Shown piece after piece: positions 57,569 through 64,000 of a stretch of DNA of 64,000 nt. Under the pieces are notes generated by a model that worked only from the letters and a program-made list of their open reading frames with translations, ran no database searches and was not told the origin of the DNA. The DNA comes from Candidatus Methylacidiphilales bacterium (GTDB lineage: Bacteria; Verrucomicrobiota; Verrucomicrobiia; Methylacidiphilales; JAAUTS01), in NCBI GenBank assembly GCA_038250235.1, contig JBBSCO010000003.1, positions 18,761 to 82,760 of the forward strand, read 5' to 3'. Made by a program: the position numbers and the translations under genes. Within the stretch, counting starts at the first letter, position 1. Each line of letters starts with the position of its first letter.

Positions 57569-59467
57569 CTATTTCTGTTTTGATCCTATTTCTTCAAGAA
57601 CGGCTTTAATTACCTTCCTGTACCAGTGCGGCATTGAAGCGTCCTTGTAAAGTACAATGAAATAAACCCCGCCTTCCATAAATAGGAAAGTGCTCACATC
57701 ATCCATTGGAACATGGATTTCCTGCACCTCGGGCATTCCCAAATCGACGAAAAGTTCACTTACCCTTGACACAATTTTGGGGGCAAAAGCCGAAAGGGAT
57801 TTGGAAAAGGCCAGATCATCCACTACCGCACTGATAGGCAATCCGTCTTTACCCGCAATCACACACCCTGAAACCCCAGGCCAGCTCCTGACCTGATTCA
57901 TGATATCCTGGAATGAAATTTCAGAGTGTTCATCAAGACCCAGATACTTGTTGATCGTAGGAGAAAGACGCACACGCTGTCCCTGAAGTCCGGCACTATC
58001 CGGAGCTGCCTGCGTGGGGGAAACGGACAAAGGTGAAGTCTCCAGAGGCTGGGAGGTCGCAGAATGGCCTTCAACCGCCGCGAACTGGGCAGGAGTTTCA
58101 ACAAAACTACCAGATACTTCAGGCTTAGGCTCTGTCTTAAAGGACCCAAATCCTTTGATCACAGGAGGCTGTGGCGGTGACTTGGGTTTGACAATCGGGC
58201 GAGTGGGAGCATTGAGCGCATCGAAGGAAGCAGTAGACGCAGGTTCAAAAGAACCGGGTGCAGCAGATTCGACCGGCTTCGGGACCTCCGCAACGTCCGA
58301 ATCAACCTGCTCAAGGAAAGAACGGAAGGCTTCCGATGACGCAAAAGAAGAGGATTCCTCCTGAACAGGTTCATCGGGGGGAGCCTGAGTGTTTTGTTCC
58401 AAAGCTTCAGCCTGATCGGCCTGGTTTCTGGCCCATTCCACCAACGCAGGATCCACCTCCAGAACCTCCTCTTGAGGCATTTCTCCCTCAACAACAGAAG
58501 CAGCGCCCTCAGGCAAAGACTCTAAAAAAGTGGCGGGTTCTTCAAAGCCATATTCGGTAACAATCGCAGGGTAATCCTCGTTCGTTGGGAGCTCCACTCC
58601 GGCTTCTGCGGCTTTCTCTGCCGCCATCGCGGCCTCGGCAGCTGCCAGTAACTCTGCATCAAATCCGGGTACCGCAGGAGCCATGTCAACAGGCTCCGAA
58701 GCGTCCGGGTTAGTTTCTGCAGGCAAAGGTTCCTCGGGCAACAGCTCCGGCATGGCCTCTTGCTCAATCTGGGCGGCCGCGGCCTCTGCAACCTTTGCGG
58801 CGGCTTCCGCCTGGGCCTTCTCCAAAGCTTCCTTGGAAAAGGGATCCTGCATGCTCAGAACACTGGAATCAATCGGACGTTGATCTGAGCGCAGTGTCAT
58901 CATGTGCGGAGGTATGCGACTGACCACTAAGCCCAATGGCAGAACAATCGGCGTTCCTGCATAGTCCGGAATATTTTCCAGAGAGTGGATAAATCCCTCC
59001 GGAACCAACTGGGTCAGTTCCGAGATGGAAAACTCAAGCTTTCCGGAAGGCAACATGCCGAGAACATTGGCCAGTGGCAGGCCGATTTCCACTCGGGCTT
59101 CAGGAGCAGCCAGCAGGGTGGCATAATCAGCAGTCAACAGTTGCTCTGGAATGGCTGTCAGAATAACCGAAAAAGGAACATCGACCGTTCCATCGACTTG
59201 AACCGGCTGAATGAGAGGAGCAGGAGCCGACATGGCGGCTCCAGGAAGTTGGATCTTGCTGTGATCGGGCGCTCCTTTTTGCGCCGATTGCAGTCCTTTC
59301 AGGGAAAGACGCTGTGTCACTCTCTTGCGGCCAGGAGCGAAGGAGGTAGAACTTGGAGATAGACTTGGAATCGCCGAAACACTGGGGGCAGCTGTAAGCG
59401 GAGAAGGTTGCTGCGCAGGGGCTTCCTCCTTTTTTTTACCGAAAAAACCTAAAAAGTTTGCTGCCAT
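57569..59467 (-). CDS. 632-aa protein with amphipathic N-terminus, acidic/Pro-rich linker and C-terminal roadblock domain
   Basis: MAANFLGFFGKKK; three (V/L)P(F/L)xxV/I repeats; WPGVSGCVIAGKDGLPISA roadblock motif. Confidence 0.82.
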   Translation of the reverse strand: MAANFLGFFGKKKEEAPAQQPSPLTAAPSVSAIPSLSPSSTSFAPGRKRVTQRLSLKGLQSAQKGAPDHSKIQLPGAAMSAPAPLIQPVQVDGTVDVPFSVILTAIPEQLLTADYATLLAAPEARVEIGLPLANVLGMLPSGKLEFSISELTQLVPEGFIHSLENIPDYAGTPIVLPLGLVVSRIPPHMMTLRSDQRPIDSSVLSMQDPFSKEALEKAQAEAAAKVAEAAAAQIEQEAMPELLPEEPLPAETNPDASEPVDMAPAVPGFDAELLAAAEAAMAAEKAAEAGVELPTNEDYPAIVTEYGFEEPATFLESLPEGAASVVEGEMPQEEVLEVDPALVEWARNQADQAEALEQNTQAPPDEPVQEESSSFASSEAFRSFLEQVDSDVAEVPKPVESAAPGSFEPASTASFDALNAPTRPIVKPKSPPQPPVIKGFGSFKTEPKPEVSGSFVETPAQFAAVEGHSATSQPLETSPLSVSPTQAAPDSAGLQGQRVRLSPTINKYLGLDEHSEISFQDIMNQVRSWPGVSGCVIAGKDGLPISAVVDDLAFSKSLSAFAPKIVSRVSELFVDLGMPEVQEIHVPMDDVSTFLFMEGGVYFIVLYKDASMPHWYRKVIKAVLEEIGSKQK

Positions 59468-59665
59468 AAAATAAGGCTCCTGATCTCAATTCCTAAACTG
59501 CCTAATCCATGCGCAGATGCAACAAAAAGTTGGATCTTCTCCTCCCCATTACGATCACCACACGGCAAATCAGGTGACTTTTCACAATCGAAGATTAACG
59601 CTCCCTCGATGAACGCTTGACCTTGTCCATGCCTCGTCGTAATCACATAGAGTTCCTTTCTGTTC

Positions 59666-60322
59666 ATGAAACTGGCCGAAATTCTTCATCTCTGTCTTAT
59701 CTCCAGGAGAACCGGCTGCATCCTGTTCCGCCGCGACGGCGACGACGGAAAGCTCTGGCTGGAAGAAGGCCAGCTTTGTCACGCCGAATTCCGATCCATT
59801 TCAGGCGAAGAAGCCGCCTACAAAATGCTGGAATCCGAATCCGGGGAAGCCTCCTTCGTTGATGATGTCAAACCTGGCCAGCGCAGCATCCATCGCAACA
59901 GCGAACATCTGCTGATGGAATCCGCCCGGCGGGCGGACGAAAAATTCAAGACCCGCAAAATCCCCCTACCCGCCATCCACGAAGTCACCAGTGCCTTGGC
60001 CGGTAGCACCCCAAAACTCGTCCAATACAATGTGCATGGCGAACCCCAGATCCATTCGCTCAAGCCCAGCAAAACAACCGTGGGCCGCGCTCCACACAAC
60101 GACTTATGCCTCCCGGTGGATTCTGTTTCATCCGCACATTGCGGATTCGAAATCCGGGGGCGCAAAGTCTATGTCGGCGACCATCACTCCCTCAATGGCA
60201 CCTTTGTCAACGGCCAGCGTGTCATCGAACCCATCGAACTCCGTGAAGGTGACACCCTTCATATCGGGAGTGTTGCCCTGCGATTTTACTGGGTGACCCA
60301 GCCCGATGGAAACCTTGGTTGA
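59666..60322 (+). CDS. DUF4388(PATAN) + FHA domain protein
   Basis: LAEILHL...RTGCILF...GKLWLEEGQLCHAE...GEEA...EHLLMESARRADE; FHA GR...SVSSAH...SLNGTFVNG. Confidence 0.9.
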   Translation: MKLAEILHLCLISRRTGCILFRRDGDDGKLWLEEGQLCHAEFRSISGEEAAYKMLESESGEASFVDDVKPGQRSIHRNSEHLLMESARRADEKFKTRKIPLPAIHEVTSALAGSTPKLVQYNVHGEPQIHSLKPSKTTVGRAPHNDLCLPVDSVSSAHCGFEIRGRKVYVGDHHSLNGTFVNGQRVIEPIELREGDTLHIGSVALRFYWVTQPDGNLG

Positions 60323-60398
60323 AATACCCCTTTCAACACCCCGGCAGCGGAAAAGTTTACTGACACAGCTTCCTAGAATTCCTACCCTTACAGGCTTT

Positions 60399-61376
60399 AT
60401 GGCAGATCATTCAGCTTCTCTGGTAATAGCCGGTCGGCAACTCGCAGCTGCCCGCTCAATCCTCGTCATCAGCCACCTCAGGCCTGATGGGGATGCCTAT
60501 GGCAGCAGCCTCGGGCTTGCCCACAGCCTCCGGGCCTTGAACATAAGCGTCCGGGTGCTCAATCAGGACGGACTTCTGCCGATGTACAATTTTCTGCCCG
60601 GCAGCGAAAATATCCTGACAACTCCTGCAACTGCTCCAATAGCTGACCTGATCGTTAGTGTCGACACCTCGACAGAAGAACGGCTGGGAAAGACCTTCCT
60701 CTCCTGGAAAAAGCCGGTGGATCTCAACATCGACCACCACGGGAGCAACACCTGTTATGGCCGGAATAACCTGGTCCTGCCTGAAGTGCCTGCCACCGCT
60801 TCTATTATTACACAACTCATCCGTGAGTGCGGTTGGCCCCTGACCCCGGAAGCCGCTTCCTGCCTTTTTGTCGGACTGAGCACGGACACAGGCTCTTTCC
60901 GCTACAGGGGCACCAGTTCCGACACCTTTAGACAGGCGGCAGACCTTGTTGACGCCGGGGCGGACAGTGCAGAGCTCTCCAGACACTGCTATCAGTCCAT
61001 GTCCCCCCAACGTTTCGCCCTGCTGCGACTGGCGCTCCAGTCACTCCGCACAGAATGCGGGGATCGTCTGGCCTATTACATTCTCACTCCCGAAATGTTC
61101 CTGGAAAGCGGGGCTGAACCCGAAGACACGGAAGGTATTGTGGAAACCTCCCTCAACGTCAAAAACATACGGCTTGGTGCCCTGTTTGAACTTAAAACGG
61201 ATGGGTCACTCAAGGTCAGCCTGCGCTCCAAGGATACCATCAATGTCAGCCGGATCGCCGCCGGGTTTGGCGGTGGAGGGCATCCAGGTGCCGCAGGAAT
61301 CAACTTTCCTTCCGACGGTATCAAACATATTCAGACTGTTCTCGTAAAACTCAGACAAGCCTTGGATCCAGGCTAA
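60399..61376 (+). CDS. nrnA: DHH-family oligoribonuclease/pAp phosphatase
   Basis: SHLRPDGDA, NIDHH, TDTGSF, KVSLRS, GGGGHPGAAG. Confidence 0.92.
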   Translation: MADHSASLVIAGRQLAAARSILVISHLRPDGDAYGSSLGLAHSLRALNISVRVLNQDGLLPMYNFLPGSENILTTPATAPIADLIVSVDTSTEERLGKTFLSWKKPVDLNIDHHGSNTCYGRNNLVLPEVPATASIITQLIRECGWPLTPEAASCLFVGLSTDTGSFRYRGTSSDTFRQAADLVDAGADSAELSRHCYQSMSPQRFALLRLALQSLRTECGDRLAYYILTPEMFLESGAEPEDTEGIVETSLNVKNIRLGALFELKTDGSLKVSLRSKDTINVSRIAAGFGGGGHPGAAGINFPSDGIKHIQTVLVKLRQALDPG

Positions 61377-61454
61377 AAACAAACCAAAAACCTTTTCGCC
61401 CACCGATTCTCTTTGCGTCCTTTGGCGATCTTCCCCTTAAATAGCCCTCTCATC

Positions 61455-62174
61455 ATGGAAACCTCTCTCGACGGCGTTCTTCTCATTAATAAACCGGGCG
61501 GCTGCACCTCCCACGACATGGTCGATTTTATCCGGCGCCGCTTTAAGTTCAAAAAGGTCGGGCACTGCGGCACTCTGGATCCTATGGCAACCGGGCTGCT
61601 GATGATGGTTCTCGGCAAGGCGACCAAAGTTCAGGATCTCCTGATGGCCGAGGACAAGGAATATCAGGGAACTCTTACTCTGGGCAGTACAACAGACAGC
61701 CAGGATGCACAGGGAGCCGTGCTCAGCACCCATGAAGTTCCCGACCTGAATGATTCTGAAGTCCAGGCCGCATTCGATGCCTTCAAGGGAGATTTTTATC
61801 AGATACCACCCATGGTTTCAGCCCTCAAAAAAGACGGCGTTCCCTTGTACAAGTTGGCGCGACAGGGCAAAATCGTGGAACGGGAACCACGCCTTGTTCA
61901 TGTCTTTTACAATAAATTGCTGGAGGTTTCCATCCCACACGTCCGTTTTGAGATCAAATGCAGTAAAGGCTTTTATGTCCGGACCTACTGTCATGACATA
62001 GGAGATAAACTAGGCTGCGGAGGCCACCTTTCCCAGTTGGCCAGGACACGCTCTGGAAATTTTCTTCTCAGCGAAGCCCTTTCATGGGAGGGCCTCCAAC
62101 AAAAACAGAATGCCGATGATCTGGCCCAACATATTCTCTCCCTGGCGGATGTCTCCAGAATCCGGAGACAATAG
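61455..62174 (+). CDS. truB: tRNA pseudouridine(55) synthase
   Basis: NKPGG.TSHD, KVGHCGTLDP, QIPPMVSA, CSKGFYVR. Confidence 0.97.
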   Translation: METSLDGVLLINKPGGCTSHDMVDFIRRRFKFKKVGHCGTLDPMATGLLMMVLGKATKVQDLLMAEDKEYQGTLTLGSTTDSQDAQGAVLSTHEVPDLNDSEVQAAFDAFKGDFYQIPPMVSALKKDGVPLYKLARQGKIVEREPRLVHVFYNKLLEVSIPHVRFEIKCSKGFYVRTYCHDIGDKLGCGGHLSQLARTRSGNFLLSEALSWEGLQQKQNADDLAQHILSLADVSRIRRQ

Positions 62175-62242
62175 GCCTTTCCCAGGTAATAGAAATCGCA
62201 GACGGCCCTTTTTATCGACCATCAGCATTTGCTGACAAGCTT

Positions 62243-63145
62243 ATGAATGTTTATCACAGCCTGAAGGAGGCTTCGCTCAATCCTGATATCCGAAACCTTG
62301 CCCTCGGTTTTTTCGACGGGCTCCATCTCGGTCACCGGGAAGTGATAGCAGGCAACGGGGTGCGGACCATGCTTAGTTTTAAAGAACATCCCCAAACCGT
62401 TCTCTTCCGTGATCGACCCGTCACTCTGATTACCGGTCTGCCACATAAACAGGATATCCTGGAAAACTGGAAAGTCCCAAACATCATTCTCCTTCCTTTC
62501 AATAAGGACGTTTCTCTGAAGTCGCCGGATTTGTTCCTCTCCGAGTTGCATCTGGCATTTCCCTTTTTGGAGAGCATACGGGTCGGGGAAAATTTCCGTT
62601 TTGGCCATCAACGGGCGGGAAATCCCCACCTTCTGGGCGAGTGGGGGGTGACGAAAAAAATCCGTATCGAGGTCATTCCATCTCTTTTAGATCAAGGCTC
62701 TTGTGTCAGCAGCAGCCGCATACGTCAACTTCTGGCTGAGCGCGAATTGGATGCTGCGGCAACCCTCTTGGGACGTCCCTACAGTCTTTATGGCCAGGTT
62801 GTTGAAGGACAAAAAGTTGGGCGTAAGCTTGGTTTCCCAACCCTCAATCTGGCTACCGAAGACGGACAGCTTCTACCCTTGGGCGTTTATCACGGTCGCG
62901 TGCAATTGAGCCATACCTTTTACAAGGCAGCTATTAACATCGGAAAACGTCCCACACTCGGTTCAGGATGCGACATCTGGGTCGAAGCCCATCTCCTAGG
63001 ATTCTCCGGCGATTTCTATGGACAAAGGATCAATCTGGAGATTTCTGGATTCATCCGTGAAGAAATTCAATTTTCATCCCTGGATCAATTGCAGAAGCAG
63101 ATCGAACAGGATGTCCTCTCGATCAAGGCCCTGCCTCTTTGTTGA
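62243..63145 (+). CDS. ribF: Riboflavin kinase/FAD synthetase
   Basis: LGFFDGLHLGH, SSSRIR, GRKLGFPTLN, NIGKRPT, EAHLL. Confidence 0.96.
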   Translation: MNVYHSLKEASLNPDIRNLALGFFDGLHLGHREVIAGNGVRTMLSFKEHPQTVLFRDRPVTLITGLPHKQDILENWKVPNIILLPFNKDVSLKSPDLFLSELHLAFPFLESIRVGENFRFGHQRAGNPHLLGEWGVTKKIRIEVIPSLLDQGSCVSSSRIRQLLAERELDAAATLLGRPYSLYGQVVEGQKVGRKLGFPTLNLATEDGQLLPLGVYHGRVQLSHTFYKAAINIGKRPTLGSGCDIWVEAHLLGFSGDFYGQRINLEISGFIREEIQFSSLDQLQKQIEQDVLSIKALPLC

Positions 63146-63201
63146 GTTGGGACTTTTGACTTTGGTGGCAAATCAAAGGAGAGGATGCCGCCCGCAGACC
63201 G

Positions 63202-63999
63202 TCACGGAGCCTTGCCGGCCACTTTGGCGGAACCCACGTTGAAAGGTTCACCATCAGGACGGAGAATTCGCACCGTTACAAAAATCAGCGTATTTTTCTT
63301 GATCGCTCGCTCTGCTTTGCTGCGGAAAAGGCGTCCGATTAGGGGAATGTCTCCCAAGATGGGGACTTTGTCGTCCACAGTAGTAATATCTTCGCGGATC
63401 AGGCCACCGAGAACCATGGTGTAACCGTCTTGGATTTCCAACTGGGCATTATCCACTGCTTTGGTCGAAAACACAGGCTGATTAACCGTATTGGGTGTAA
63501 GGACTACACCGGGGCTATTAGGATCGAAAATCTGAGCACCATAGTTAATAAATCCATCAAATTCAGTGATTTCCGGCTTTAGCGTTAAGAAAACGCGTTG
63601 GCGATCCACTGTAATTCTGGGCTGCACCACCATACTCACCCCAACGTTACGACTTTCAAAATCCGTCGGGAAGGATGGAGAGACCGTATAAATGTTTGAT
63701 AAGCCGCCAGGACCAGGGCCTATGCCAATGGCTGATTGCGCTGTTGCCTGGTCAAACTCAGTAGGATAAAGAAATTCACGCGCCACCAAAACATTGGCTT
63801 GTTGCCCATCATTGACAACAACCGATGGTGCCGTCATCAGATCCGTGCTGGATTTCTGGCTGAGTGCCTCCATCAGGATCTGAAACGCATTGCCGTCGAT
63901 GGCACCCGTAATTCCAAAACGATTAGGAATTACCGACTGAGCCTGCGGCTGAGTGGCAGAGGCTCCATCCAAAAAAGTTTGAACAGGATCACTTACCCT
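63202..63999 (-). CDS. C-terminal part of an outer-membrane secretin (T2SS/T4P type; runs off window)
   Basis: DLMTAPSVV, F..RNVGV.M.V.P, MVLGGLI, DKVPILGDIPLIGRLFRS; frame open to window end. Confidence 0.93.
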   Translation of the reverse strand, partial: RVSDPVQTFLDGASATQPQAQSVIPNRFGITGAIDGNAFQILMEALSQKSSTDLMTAPSVVVNDGQQANVLVAREFLYPTEFDQATAQSAIGIGPGPGGLSNIYTVSPSFPTDFESRNVGVSMVVQPRITVDRQRVFLTLKPEITEFDGFINYGAQIFDPNSPGVVLTPNTVNQPVFSTKAVDNAQLEIQDGYTMVLGGLIREDITTVDDKVPILGDIPLIGRLFRSKAERAIKKNTLIFVTVRILRPDGEPFNVGSAKVAGKAP

Positions 64000-64000
64000 A

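Overview
Ordinary, gene-dense bacterial chromosome. Gene content (H-X9-DG prepilin-like protein, glycine-rich RRM proteins, YXWGXW protein, TGS-less ThrRS, secretin) suggests a Verrucomicrobiota/PVC organism; this is an inference. About 65 CDS include housekeeping genes (uvrA, grpE, dnaJ, rsmE, folA, thyA, yajQ, msrA, rpoN, nrdR, thrS, clpS, nrnA, truB, ribF), plus tRNA-Leu(TAA) and tRNA-Ile2(CAT). No CRISPR array, integrase, transposase or prophage was seen. Most notable: (1) an MglA GTPase/MglB module with a long N-amphipathic, acidic-linker, roadblock-domain partner, followed by clpS-DUF2017 and divergent from a DUF4388-FHA gene, in a window also holding a second DUF4388-FHA gene, two Ser/Thr kinases and two phosphatases; (2) four sigma54 (-24/-12) motifs, three just ahead of small or stress-type genes and one over the rpoN promoter; (3) micro-ORFs missing from the ORF track (26-aa Lys/Ala H1-like peptide, 27-aa TM peptide, 56-aa lipoprotein); (4) a 300-bp TA-flanked MITE with two solo ends; (5) a decayed YHYH-domain pseudogene; (6) a candidate 177-nt structured RNA; (7) recurrent leaderless promoter geometry. 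All family calls come from motif recognition, not database searches.
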